Counted from the first letter of the stretch, positions 1 to 11,756 are shown. The stretch: DNA of 64,000 bases from an uncultured Nitrospiraceae bacterium (GCA_963730905.1 CAVSTN010000015.1:13877-77876); one strand, 5' to 3'. Made by a program: numbers and translations. The notes: generated from the sequence alone by a model not told the origin.

Positions 1-191
1 GGCTCCTGGAGAAGATCCACAATTTCCACCGTATATTTCGAGGACAGATGGGTGTCGCACAATTGTTTCAAATTACTCATGGCAAGACGCGATTTGGGAG
101 AATGTCCCGCAACATAGAGGGTTAAGTGGTAAGGAGAATTCTTTGCCCCATGACCCTGGGGTTTCGTTGTGCCTTGTTTCGTATTCCTCAT
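1..191 (-). CDS. kaiB: Circadian clock protein KaiB family (5' part; runs off window start)
   Basis: Manual translation from ATG at 191: MRNTKQG...YHLTLYVAGHSPKSRLAMSNLKQLCDTHLSSKYTVEIVDLLQE, matching the KaiB LYVAG..S..A..NL...IxDL pattern; directly downstream of kaiC. Confidence 0.92.
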   Translation of the reverse strand, partial: MRNTKQGTTKPQGHGAKNSPYHLTLYVAGHSPKSRLAMSNLKQLCDTHLSSKYTVEIVDLLQE

Positions 192-344
192 AGTTGGAAG
201 ACCCTTCTCGATTCAGCTATTCATCAGGCTGACACACCACAAATTCTTTAAAATATTCTTCCTGCTGTCTTTTGTTGCTGTGCAAACGGATTTCCCCCAA
301 CCTCATGATTCAATGGGCATGGTGAACCGATTCGATTCATGGTC

Positions 345-1792
345 CTAACGGTGATCTCCCAACACCTCTTTTAAATGCCAGCCACGATGGCTCATCGTAT
401 ATCCCCGAACCTGATGAGAATGCGACATACCTCGGGATTTCAAAATGTACAGTTGCCGCTGGTGTTCACCATCAAATTCCCGGTTTGTCAGGAGAATCCA
501 GGTGTCGGCCAGTGAGGAAACGCCGATCTCCGCCTCCTGAGCAGATTCCGAAGGCGCGCTGAGGCCTGTGCAAACCAAGGTGATTTGTGGGATTTCAGAA
601 AATCCACCATCCGTAAAAATAACGCCTTGACCTCGCGAGTTGAACCAATGGACAGAAAATCATTAATCGGATCCATGATCACCAACTCCGGGTGATGCGT
701 GTGCACCGCATTGTAAAAATTCACAAGATGGGATTCCAATCCGAATAGGGTTGGACGGGACGCTTCAATGTGCAACAAGCCCTTGTTCACCCATTTCTCC
801 AGTGAGAGTCCGATCGATTTCATGTTCCGGATGATCTGAGGACTGGATTCTTCAAAGGCAAAATACAAGGATTTTTCTCCCTGACGACAGGCGGCATCCG
901 CAAAATGCGAGACCAGGCTCGTTTTCCCCGTCCCGACTCCTCCTGTCACCAGAACCGTCGAACCCCGAAACACACCCTCTCCGCCGAACATCTCATTCAA
1001 CTGTGGAACGCCGGTCGAAATTTTTTCGTTTGAAATTTTGTGTTCAAGGACTAAGGACGTGATGGGCAACACGGACAGCCCATGTTGTCCAATGAGAAAG
1101 GGAAATTCATTGGTTCCATGCATACTTCCCCGGTATTTGACCACCCGCAGACGGCGAGTGGACATCTGCTCATTCACTCGATGATCCAGCAGAATCACAC
1201 AGTCGGACACATATTCCTCAAGTCCCTGACGGGTTAAGGACTCCTCTCCCCGTTCGCCGGTGACAATGGAGGTCATATTTCTGTCTTTCAGCCACTGAAA
1301 CAAACGCCGCAACTCCGAGCGGATAATGCCTTGATTAGATAATCCGCCGAAGAGGACTTCGATGGTGTCCAACACAATACGTTTCGCGCCGATGGCGTCG
1401 ATAGACTCGCCCAGCCGCACAAACAATCCTTCGAGATCGTATTCTCCGCTCTCTTCGAATTCGGTGGCTTCAATGGGAATCGTATCCAAAATTAATTTGT
1501 TATCCTTAATTAAGCCATCCAGATCAAACCCCAGGGACCGGACGTTTTGGGTCAATTCCTCTGCCGTTTCCTCAAATGCCAACATCACACCGGGTTCGCC
1601 CATTTGGACGGCTCCGCGGACAAGAAATTCCATGCCCAAAAGTGTTTTTCCACAGCCAGGGCTTCCGCAGACCAACGTGGTTCGTCCCCTGGGAAGCCCG
1701 CCCGCCGTGATGTCATCCAGGCCTTGAATGCCGGTTGGAGCTTTCGGAAATTCTGAATGAACGGTTTTATTTGATGATTTTTTCCGAGGCAT
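345..1792 (-). CDS. kaiC: Circadian clock ATPase KaiC, split by one frameshift near 585 (probably assembly error)
   Basis: ORF 488..1792 has two RecA-like domains (GSPGCGKT, FEE; GGVGTGKT, FEES); ORF 345..578 supplies the C-terminus (GVSSLADTWILL...ILKSRGMSHS); one missing A in CAC AAA ATC restores the frame. Confidence 0.93.
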
Positions 1793-2132
1793 GTTTTAAA
1801 ATTTCCTGAGATAGAAAAATTGACGTCCAAAATTTAACACAATTCTCTAAAAAAAATACAATTTGGCGAGAGTCTTCGCGATATGACAACGGTTGGTGGA
1901 CGGGTTCCCAAAATCAACATCAATGTTAACGGCTTCTCACGTATTATTTAGCGTGAGACAATCTTATACATGCGTCACGTTAAGAGCCTCGAATACCTTA
2001 TCAATGATTAGGGACAGAGAAGAATGGACAGAATAGATAGCTAGAAGGCCCATTTGTCCAAAAATCAGCTCAATTTTTCCTCATTCGGTACATCCATCTC
2101 AGAGTAACAATACCTTTGTCCTTCATTTCCAA

Positions 2133-2907
2133 ATGATTTGGAACATGCATCCATGTTTCCTCTCTCGGGCCTCCAAGTGCTATCAATCCATCCTCCTGAT
2201 TTTTCTGGTGGTATGGATCGTGAGCCCACCCCCTTCTCTTCGGCCGGAAGTCCTGCAAATTGTTCCTGCAACCTCACCATCTTCAGAGACCTGCACCGCC
2301 CACGCACCGGTCACGAACGAATGTGTGGAAGCCGGTCTCCGGAGGAGGCGTGAACTGCTCCGAGCGGAAGCCGCATTCCAGGTTCATTCCCCCGCCACTC
2401 ATCTCAAATTGGCGGAAATACTCAACCAGCAGGGCGATCCGAACGGCGCCATTGAGGAATATCGGGCCGCGATTCAACTGGATCCCGATCTCGCCGGTGC
2501 GTTTCAGGGTATGGGAGCCGTCTACCTGGATCAACACGAATGGAAACAGGCTGAAGATAGTGCTTGAAAGAGCCGCACAGTTAGAGAGCGGGAATAGCCA
2601 GACAGAATACTGGCTGGGACGGTCACGATTGGCTCAACAAAAATTTCACGAGGCTCAGCAGGCATTCAGGACAGCTACAAGATTGAATCCCGATGATGCA
2701 GAGGCCTTTTCCGATTTAGGTCTGACCTACATGGCACAAGGTCAACCCACAAATGCCATCAACGCTCTTCGCCAAGCCATTGGCTTGCGACCGGATTATT
2801 CAGAGGCCCATTCCCGCCTGGAGCTGGTGGATGCCTTCAAACTCAACCAGGATCAACTCGTCCTTGAGACCGCAAAAATTTTACACCTTCTCTTCAGAAG
2901 GGAATAG
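2133..2907 (+). CDS. Tetratricopeptide repeat protein with N-terminal hydrophobic segment; frameshift near 2560
   Basis: ORFs 2133..2567 and 2260..2907 both encode TPR motifs (AIEEYRAAIQLDP; AFSDLGLTY...AIGLRPDYSEAH). Confidence 0.8.
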
Positions 2908-2983
2908 AGGTCTCCTATGTCCCCGGGCTCAACCATCATGTCAGGTGAATGAACGACGCCCTCTGCCTTCGTTTCCAATAAGG

Positions 2984-3853
2984 CTAAAATCTCCACGAGA
3001 TTCCCGCACCCGTCAAGAAATCATCCGTTCCATGAGTCAGACCGCCCCCCACGCGGGCATCCAGTTGAAGATTGTATGTCAGATGATAGAGCACTCCCGT
3101 TTGAAGAAAATTTGCGCTCCCACTCGCCACATCTCTGGGATACAATCCGAAATATTCCACAAACCCGGTTAATCGATCCCGAATGGCTGCGCTCAGTCCC
3201 AGGGACGAAGAGACCTGCACAAACCGCGTGCCCTGAGAAGTCGGACTGCCGATATTTACCGTCCCGAATAACCCCACCCTTTTATTCAACGCATACGTCA
3301 AAATCGTCCGGAATAGCGGGTCGAGTCGATCCGAGGAGAAATTCTTATCACCCGTGGGGATCGACAGTCGGCCGACAAAACTTAACCGGGGTCTAAACCC
3401 CTGTTGCTGAAAAGCCTGAACTTTAAATCCCAGGGCAAGATCATTGAACCCATTCATATCCCGGCCATTGTCAATAAAGGTCAGATTTGGCCATTCCACG
3501 CGCAATTCAGTCGTCTCGGTTAATCCAATACGGACAAGGGTCTCAGGGAAGTTATGCGTTTTGACATCGGGAGATGCTTTTTCAAGAGAAAAGGTATATC
3601 CCGTTTCGATTTGAATGCGTCCCTTGGGGATCGTGTCAGGACTCAGGCTGAATGTCGGCCGATCCGTCTCAATCGGCTGGGTAAACGCGCCCGCCTGTCC
3701 CATGATCCACGGACGGGAGGGAGGTGCCTCGCCTCCATTTTCCTGCCCATAACACCAGGTCTGTCCCAGCAGGACCACACACACCGACCACCCTAATACT
3801 CCAGGGAGCGATCGTCCAATGCTGTTGATGTTGGAAAAACAGAATACGCGCAT
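2984..3853 (-). CDS. Outer-membrane beta-barrel 'transporter' (Phenol_MetA_deg-like family)
   Basis: Signal peptide, PIETDRP motif, G.IQIETG, C-terminal GISWRF barrel signal. Confidence 0.8.
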   Translation of the reverse strand: MRVFCFSNINSIGRSLPGVLGWSVCVVLLGQTWCYGQENGGEAPPSRPWIMGQAGAFTQPIETDRPTFSLSPDTIPKGRIQIETGYTFSLEKASPDVKTHNFPETLVRIGLTETTELRVEWPNLTFIDNGRDMNGFNDLALGFKVQAFQQQGFRPRLSFVGRLSIPTGDKNFSSDRLDPLFRTILTYALNKRVGLFGTVNIGSPTSQGTRFVQVSSSLGLSAAIRDRLTGFVEYFGLYPRDVASGSANFLQTGVLYHLTYNLQLDARVGGGLTHGTDDFLTGAGISWRF

Positions 3854-4092
3854 AGAATTTCGAATCCATTTAAAAGGCTCATAAGTTTACCGTGATGGCA
3901 TTGGAGGTCGTCGTTCACGGAATGATGAGATGAGGCCACCTTTTATACCAGGTGGCAGACGGAGACGCATCGATGTGATCACACGATAATCTGAGAGGAC
4001 ATTATCCAAGGATCAATTCGGCTTTTACTGTCAGATTCTGCGTGAATGAAGCCCGTCTATGATGACAATCGGAAGGCATGATACGGAAAGGC

Positions 4093-7000
4093 TTAGCAAG
4101 TGTGATTCACCACATGGCGGATGGCATCGACCAGTTGGCTGGCGACACTGCCTTTGGTGACATACATCGCGGCCCCGGCTTCCAAGAGCATTTTTTCGAT
4201 TTGCTTATCCTCATGAACCGACAATCCGATGACTCTGACCGTAGGATGCTCGTTTGTAAGGAATTTGGTCGCTTCGATGCCATTGACCCGTGGCATGTTG
4301 ACATCCATCACCACAACATCGGGAAGAACCAGTTTGATAGCCTCCAACGCTTCTTCCCCATTTTTGGCTTCTCCCACGATGACAAAATCTTCCTGGTGTT
4401 CCAAGAGGGTTCGGATGCCTTCACGAATCATGGCATGATCATCGACCAAAAGAATTCGAACGACTTTTTTCCTTGCAGCACCTTGCGCAATCGGATGGGG
4501 AGGTTTTGGAGTTTCGTTGGAGTCTGCATTCGACAAAACCGTTGGTGAGACCGGGTGAAGGGGAACTACGAGGATAGCCTGAGTTCCCTTCCCTGGTGCG
4601 GATTCGATGTGAAAGTGCCCGCCCAGCGCCTCCGTTCGTTCTCGAATACTAAACAGCCCAAATCTTCCAGGTTGAGAGTAATCGGTGGAGTTCGGGGAGG
4701 GTTGAAACCCCTTCCCGGCATCCTGAACCATGATCTCAAGCCTCTGATCGGCATGGCGATCAAGAGAAACGATGGCCTCACTCACGCCCGAGTGTTTGAT
4801 GATATTAAAGAGCAATTCGCGAACGGCCTGAAACACAAAAATCGCCTGATCCTCTGAAAGCTGTATGGCCTGGTCACCATGCTGAACCTGCACCTGCAGG
4901 CCATGACGTTCCATCTGCTGACCCAGCCATTTCAGGGCGGGAACGAGCCCGAGTTCATACAGAATATTGGGACTCAATTCGGCAATCAACGTGCGCGTAT
5001 AGGAAAGGGAGTCGGAAAGGAATTGATCGATTTCCTCCAGATTGGGCTTCAAGCCGGCACCCTTCTCATCATTAATGGCCTGAGCCAGTTTCATCCGACA
5101 CACCACCAGCAATTGCGCCAGATAATCATGGAGTTCAGTGGACAATCGTCGCCGTTCACGTTGTTCGGTTACCACCAACTCCGAAGTCATGGCCCGCAGA
5201 TTCTCCTGATACACCAGCAGATCACGAGTCCGGTCAGCCACCCGTTGCTCCAGGGAATCGTTTAATTCTTGCAAAGCCTGTTCGGCCTGTTTTCTCGCAG
5301 TAATATCGGTTGCGATGCCGCATATCGCATTGGGAATGCCTCCGGCATCGTATAAGGGGAATTTCACTGACAAATAGGTATGCACCCCATCCGGAAGGGC
5401 TAGCTGTTCTTCAAATTCTTCTGATTTGCGACTGCTCAGAACTTTCTGATCATTGGCGATGATGGCCGTGGCAAAATCCGGACTTAATAGGTCCCAGTCT
5501 GTTTTTCCAATAATCATTTCTCGGGATAAGTGAAAAATCGTTTCAAACCGCTTATTCACCAGTTGATATTTTCCGTCCAAGTCTTTCACAAATTTCACGG
5601 TTGGAGAATTCTCCCATATAGCGTGAAGACGGTTTTCACTCGTCTGAAGCGCTTCTCCAATTCGTTTTTGCTCGGAAATATCCCGTTCAATCAGGGAGTT
5701 TCCCATCAAGACTCCATTCACATCCACAATTGGAGAAACCGACAAGGAGACCGGAAACACCAAGCCATTTTTTTTCATTCGAAGGGATTCCTGTGTGGGA
5801 TTCCCATGTGTGTTCAAAAGATTTTTTAACTGTAAAGAAGTGTCCTCCCGTGAGTCCGGAGGAAGGATGACGGAAAAGCCCTGATGCACCATTTCAGAGG
5901 CGGCATACCCATATATCCTTTCCGCCCCGCTGTTCCAACTGGTGATAATACCCTCCAAATTGAGGCTATAAATGGCATCCTGAGATGATTCGACAATTGA
6001 CGCCAATCGTCTCAGATTTTCCGAAATGTGCTTTCGCTGCTCAATTTCTTTCTGAGCGGATCGGTACAAACGAGCATTGTCGATGGCAATGGAGGCCTGC
6101 GAGGCAATACCCATCACCATAGTTTCGGCCATGCGGGTAAACACATTGGGTTGTGAATGACCGAAAAATAATCCTCCCAGCACTTCTCCGGAGCGGGCAA
6201 CGACCGGAACAGCCAGATAACTCTTGACGGGAAGATGTCCCGGCGGCATTCCGTGATAGGGAGGCATGTGTCCATATCGTGGGTCGGCCGTCACATCCGC
6301 GATTCGAACAACCGCCTCCCCCGAAAATGTCGGAGCGAAAATCGGCGTATTTCTCGGCATGGGAAAATGTTCAAAAGCTTCGCGCGGGACACCGGAGATC
6401 GTGTATAAATCGAAGGACTCTCCCTTCTCATCCACCACATTGTAAAAAAACGCCCCGAACTCCGCCCCGATTAATTCGCGACAGGCATCTGTGACGGATT
6501 GAACCAATTTTTCTAAATTCAATTCCGCTGACAGCGAACTGCCGATTCGATTCACCACTTCCAGCGCATGGGTCTGCTGCAGAAGCCGTTCCTGGGCCTG
6601 CAATTTTTCAATGGCAATGGAGGCCGAATGCGCAAGAAACTCCACATACTCTTTTTCTTCAGAGGAAGGTAACCGTGGAGCAGGAGCATATAAGGCAAAG
6701 GTGCCCAGGACCTGGCCATCACTCGCGAGAATCGGGGTGGACCAGCATGCCTGTATCCCATGTTTCATGGCCAATTCCTTAAATTGCCCCCAATTCGGAT
6801 GCTCGGAAATGTTTGCCACATACACGGGCTCTTTGAGGTAGGCTGCAGCCCCACAAGATCCAACCCCCGGACCGATTTCAACACCATTCACGGCTTGGAT
6901 GTAGCTCTCGGGTAAAGAAGGGGATGCGGCATGATGCAGCCGACGGCCCTCCTCCAGCAGAAGGATAGACGCCCGAACACCGGTCAGAAAATACTGTTCA

Positions 7001-7596
7001 ATTTCCAGGCAAAGCTTTTCCAAGATGATGGAAAGAGGTCTGCCGGCAATAATATTTTCCAGCACCTCGTTATGGCGTTTGAGAATGTATTCGCTGGGAA
7101 GCAGTGGCCCACCGCCACCAAACGTCATCAGTGCGCCGATAATTTTCTGGTCTTCATCCTGTAAAGGGTAGCCACCAAACAAGACGTCGGCAAACGTTCC
7201 GTCCTCTTGTGTCAGGCAGACGGCTTCGTTGCGCAACGATTCTCCGCTCAAAATTCGTGAAAGGTACGTTTTGCTCAGGTTTGGGGAAGGTGCCGCGGAA
7301 GGCCGCTTCCTCCCGTTTGAAAACGATAGATGAAAAATTTCATCAAATGGACGATTCAAGCAGTGATGATGGGAATAACGATTGACTCCATGACTGGCGC
7401 GAATGATGCTTCCCGAGGCATCGCAAACGACCAGGGCTTCTCCAGCATGCTCTAAGACTCTGCGGAGAATACATTCCTCGAATCCCACGCTCTCGCATGC
7501 CTTTGCCTCAGATCCCACTGGCGCCATGACCGAATCGGTAGACTTGCCCGGCAAAAGGTTTTCACCCGTTTTATGGGGGGTGTTCAGATTTTCCAT
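4093..7596 (-). CDS. Hybrid sensor histidine kinase PAS-GAF-GAF-PAS-PAS-HisKA_3-HATPase-REC
   Basis: GAF motifs (GSCGAAAY; SYLAVPV), PAS motifs (WNSGAERIYGY; FVKDLDGKY), H-box ERRRLSTELHD, DAGKGF/GLFSIRER, C-terminal NarL-type receiver LLVDDH...VMDVNMP. Confidence 0.93.
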   Translation of the reverse strand: MENLNTPHKTGENLLPGKSTDSVMAPVGSEAKACESVGFEECILRRVLEHAGEALVVCDASGSIIRASHGVNRYSHHHCLNRPFDEIFHLSFSNGRKRPSAAPSPNLSKTYLSRILSGESLRNEAVCLTQEDGTFADVLFGGYPLQDEDQKIIGALMTFGGGGPLLPSEYILKRHNEVLENIIAGRPLSIILEKLCLEIEQYFLTGVRASILLLEEGRRLHHAASPSLPESYIQAVNGVEIGPGVGSCGAAAYLKEPVYVANISEHPNWGQFKELAMKHGIQACWSTPILASDGQVLGTFALYAPAPRLPSSEEKEYVEFLAHSASIAIEKLQAQERLLQQTHALEVVNRIGSSLSAELNLEKLVQSVTDACRELIGAEFGAFFYNVVDEKGESFDLYTISGVPREAFEHFPMPRNTPIFAPTFSGEAVVRIADVTADPRYGHMPPYHGMPPGHLPVKSYLAVPVVARSGEVLGGLFFGHSQPNVFTRMAETMVMGIASQASIAIDNARLYRSAQKEIEQRKHISENLRRLASIVESSQDAIYSLNLEGIITSWNSGAERIYGYAASEMVHQGFSVILPPDSREDTSLQLKNLLNTHGNPTQESLRMKKNGLVFPVSLSVSPIVDVNGVLMGNSLIERDISEQKRIGEALQTSENRLHAIWENSPTVKFVKDLDGKYQLVNKRFETIFHLSREMIIGKTDWDLLSPDFATAIIANDQKVLSSRKSEEFEEQLALPDGVHTYLSVKFPLYDAGGIPNAICGIATDITARKQAEQALQELNDSLEQRVADRTRDLLVYQENLRAMTSELVVTEQRERRRLSTELHDYLAQLLVVCRMKLAQAINDEKGAGLKPNLEEIDQFLSDSLSYTRTLIAELSPNILYELGLVPALKWLGQQMERHGLQVQVQHGDQAIQLSEDQAIFVFQAVRELLFNIIKHSGVSEAIVSLDRHADQRLEIMVQDAGKGFQPSPNSTDYSQPGRFGLFSIRERTEALGGHFHIESAPGKGTQAILVVPLHPVSPTVLSNADSNETPKPPHPIAQGAARKKVVRILLVDDHAMIREGIRTLLEHQEDFVIVGEAKNGEEALEAIKLVLPDVVVMDVNMPRVNGIEATKFLTNEHPTVRVIGLSVHEDKQIEKMLLEAGAAMYVTKGSVASQLVDAIRHVVNHTC

Positions 7597-8676
7597 GGTG
7601 GTGCAATTTCAGGGATAAATCCTATCCAGTCGGATCCTCATGAAGTCCCTAACCAGATTTCAGATTTTTACATGAGTCGGGCCACCTCCTGTAGCTGAAG
7701 ATCCCTACTCTCCAGGCTTGTTGCATTTGGACACACCCTACCTTCCTCCTCAACCAGGATCGAAAAAAACGGCTCCTCATAAAACTGTGAATCCAATATC
7801 TCAGGTTTCCTATGAAAGTCAAACTCTCAAAAACCCTTGATTGTCATACAAAAACCCACCGGGAGGCACAGACTTTCCCTATTACATTTGGGACAGGTAA
7901 TCAGGGTCTGGAATCGACTTCAAATGAAACCCCACCCATGGATGACCATTCAAGAAAATGGAAGGGTGGGGAAAGAACACACCATAGCAATCAGGCAATG
8001 AAGAGACCGGGAACCCTTGCAGTCTTCGTCGCCCGGATGGTTACAGAAGCGACCACCAGTGCGTATCCCCCTAAAGTTTTTCAGGGCACCGAGTCTTACC
8101 GGAATTGGAGGGGCCTGGGAAATGAGTAGGTGAGAGTAGCTTCCTTAATAGGAGATCACTAGCTATATATTGATATTTTTGGTTATAATTGTTAATTATT
8201 TTCATAGTACATATTCTTAAGGTTTTTTCATCCTCATTATCATACCTTTTTTTACCCGGAATGGCGTATCTTCATACATTTGTACCATTAGACCTCTCAA
8301 TGTCCTTTCATCCTTAAATGCGGTGCATGCGAAGAAGTTTGCCAAGCTCGGATCTTCGTTCTCTCCCCCAAGTGCAGTGTCTTAACTCATTTTGGAAAGC
8401 CTTGTGGACATCGTTTTGATTGGCCTGAGTGAATCTAAACGAGACTCTACAGCAATTCACGACATGGCCCCTATATTGATGGCATTTAGAAGGAATACAA
8501 CAAAAAACTTGTTGTTCCATTTTTAAAATATCGTAACTGTCATCGGTAACCTGTGTGGCCTTTTTGGCTACCTTATGAAGCAGAGGGCAGACAACCGAAA
8601 GACAGGAAAGTTGCAGAGATGTCGGTCTCCATTTTTTAGCGAGTGATGCTCAGAAACGCACAAGCAGGAATACGCG

Positions 8677-10951
8677 ATGTATTTTAATTTTTTCGGGTTA
8701 CGGACCAAGCCATTTAATACCACCCCGGACCCTGATTTCTTGTATCTCAGTCCCGGCCACAAACAGGCATTGGGTTCGCTGATCTATGGAATAAAAGAAA
8801 AAAAAGGGTTTATTGCCGTCACCGGCCAAGTTGGTCTGGGAAAAACGACGATTCTCCGATCGTTTCTGAATCAAAATCGTCAGGCCAATCAGGAAACCGT
8901 GTATCTCCTCAATCCCAACCTCTCATTTACCAACTTACTCAAGACCCTGCTGCGTGAACTGGGACACACCCCCATTGAGGGAGACGATGCCGAAGTGTTG
9001 GAACAACTGCACTTCGTCCTCATAGACAAATACCGAGAAGGCCGGACCGTAGTGCTCTTGATTGACGAAGCGCAAAATATGCCGGTGGACACATTAGAAC
9101 AGCTGCGGATGTTGTCAAACTTGGAAACGCCAAAAGACAAACTCATTCAAATTGTGCTGTTGGGTCAACCGGAATTAGATGGCCTTCTCGATCGGTATGA
9201 ACTCCGGCAACTACGGCAACGCATCGCCGTGCGAGCCATCATTCAGCCCCTCTCCAAACCTGAAAGTTTTGAATATATCCGGCATCGGTTGGACAAGGCC
9301 GGGGGGGAAGGGAAAAAGATTTTTACACCCTCGGCCTTAGCCCTCATTGTCCAGGAAGCCAAGGGGATACCCCGGCGCCTGAATATTCTCTGTGATAATG
9401 CCCTGGTCACCGCCTTTGGGTACAACACAGCCCTGGTGACAGCCAAAATTGCCAAAGAAGTGATCGGTGATCTGACCGGCCGACCCGCCCACTCACTCTG
9501 GAAATTAGTCCCCCTGATTGGTTTGGCTCTCATCCTTGTCCTTGGACTGGTCGCGCTCCTGCCCCTGACTGAATCAAATTTTTCGGATATCCCTTCAATA
9601 CATAAGATCGGACTACCGGTTAAAGATAAGGAGGATCCGAAACAAGACCTCGTGCCGGATCAAGACCTCGTCAGTGTAGGGGAATACATTCCCTCCCCTA
9701 CTCAAACGGGTCCGACCCTGACCGAAAGAGCACAGACGTTTTTAACGGAATCAGTGTCTGAAGTCTTTGCGAAATTACGGAACCGGGTCGGCTCGAATTC
9801 CGAATCAACCACGACTCAACCCCATGTCAACACACCTCTCGACCCTGACAATCAAGAAGACCTCCTGCTTGCCGGGATTCCACCGGATAACTTCCAGCAT
9901 GAGGCACCTCCAGTTTCAGTTGAGCGAGAGGTACCCTCAACCTCAGAGACCATCTCGCCTGAAATCCTGCCCTCTCCAACCCGAACACGTCGATCTCTCC
10001 ACTCAGGAGGAAATTCCAGCGAAGGCTGAAGCAGACAGTCCGGAAGATGGAGCGAGGCCTGGTCAGGATAGAACAGCAACACCATTTATCCAGTCGGCCC
10101 AACAAGAGCTCTATGAGCTCTTAATTCAGGAAGAAGGGATTGCGACGGCTGAAGCAAATAGTCTGGTAGAGGGAACTCCGGTGGGACAGGATGAGGCAAA
10201 ACCAGCATCTGAAAATGTCAGTGAGGCCAATCTGGTTCAAATGAGTCCCGAAAACCCCAGTGAGCGTGCAGGACAACCCACAGTAGCCGCCGAAGAACGA
10301 ATCAATGCACCTAGCCAAGACAGTTCTCCTTCGGTCCCTGTCCCTCAAACACGGGTGACATTGCAGAAAAGTCCAAATACGCAACCAGAGGTGGATGCCT
10401 CACCTTCACCCGTCACCAGGATCGTGAAAAAGGGTGACACAATGGCAAAGTTATTGCATGATGTGTATGGATCGGCTAGTCCATCTACCGTTCAATTCGT
10501 TCTTGAACATAATCGGCATATTGCAAGCGTGCGAAGAATGTATCCGGGGCAAAAGGTAATATTTCCGCCCTTACAAAACGTCGAGAGCCCAAAAAAGATG
10601 GCCGAGGCTGACAAGCCTTTGATGTCGGTTAAAGATAAGGAATTACCTTCTTCTAAAAAAATCTTTGCTCGCTCATCCACACAAACCAAACGGAATGAAA
10701 GCACAGTTGAGGCCAAACGCGATTCCCCCTATGCGGTGGCCACCGTACAAGAGGGCGATACGCTTGAAAAATTGGTCAAGGTTGTCTATGGGTCGTCTCA
10801 TCCGAGCTATGTTCAACGTGTCCTGGAGTACAACCCCAAAATCCGGAATCCCAAGAAAATTTTTCCAGGGCAGGACATTGCCTTTCCGAAAATTCCCAAA
10901 GATGTGAAAACGCAGACAAACCAAGCATCTGAAGCCAATTCATCTGAATAG
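8677..10951 (+). CDS. ExeA/GspA-family AAA ATPase with TM helix, low-complexity linker and two LysM-like domains; frameshift near 9975-10020
   Basis: MYFNFFGL..KPF..TPDP, Walker A GQVGLGKT, Walker B LLIDEAQN; ORF 9767..10951 carries VKKGDT...YPGQ and VQEGDTL...IFPGQ LysM-like repeats. Confidence 0.85.
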
Positions 10952-11012
10952 ACGCTGATTGGATTGTGCCAAAGTAGCGGAACCTTGAATATTTCTGTAT
11001 GAGGATCGCCTA

Positions 11013-11756
11013 ATGAGTAAAGTATACGAGGCCTTGCAACATGCCTACGAAAATCAGGTTGAGGCCATCAAGGTTCTTCCAATAGACCGATCACATTCCC
11101 AACCAATCGTCGTTTCCAATTTACCTCCTCTAAAAATGCGCCGAGAGATGGTGCAACTGGAGCAACGCCTTGCAGGGCTTCTTCCTGATCCCCAACACAA
11201 CATCATTCAATTTATCAGTAGCAGGAACCAGGAAGGGGTCTCGACCATTGTTCAGGAGTTCGGAAGAGTCCTAGTTGAGAAACAGGGGAAGTCCGTGTTG
11301 CTGGTGGATGGAGATTCTCAAAAAATAACCCAACATCAATTCTTTGGGATTCCTCCGAAAATCTCGTTGCAATATATTATGCGTAATGGAGGGGATTTAG
11401 ATCAGGCCATCACACCTGTTCTCCATTCCCGCTTATTCCTCGCCATGCTGTCCGGAGATAGCTCAGAAACCTTGCAACACGAGGTCATTACAAATAAGCG
11501 GGATTTGTGGAACCATATACGAAAACAATTTGACATGATTCTCATCGATACCGCACCGATCGATATCTCCGATGAAGGCTTGGAGTTATGTGCAGCCGCT
11601 GATGGGGTGGTGATGGTGGTGGAAGCAGAAAAGACCCGCTCACAAGTCATCTCAAATCTCCGAGACCGGATTACGCACAGCGGTGGAAATCTCCTTGGCA
11701 TGGTCTTCAATAAACAGCGGTATTACATTCCAAAGTGGGTCTATACACGAATATAA
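11013..11756 (+). CDS. CpsD/CapB-family BY tyrosine kinase-like protein (Walker A lysine absent)
   Basis: MSKVYEAL start, SSRNQEGVST, VLLVDGD, ILIDTAP, ADGVVMVVEA, LLGMVFN. Confidence 0.85.
   Translation: MSKVYEALQHAYENQVEAIKVLPIDRSHSQPIVVSNLPPLKMRREMVQLEQRLAGLLPDPQHNIIQFISSRNQEGVSTIVQEFGRVLVEKQGKSVLLVDGDSQKITQHQFFGIPPKISLQYIMRNGGDLDQAITPVLHSRLFLAMLSGDSSETLQHEVITNKRDLWNHIRKQFDMILIDTAPIDISDEGLELCAAADGVVMVVEAEKTRSQVISNLRDRITHSGGNLLGMVFNKQRYYIPKWVYTRI

Noticed and set aside
7812-8520. ORFs 7812..8129 and 8314..8520 in the divergent intergenic region
   Set aside because: No recognisable motifs; the region looks regulatory.
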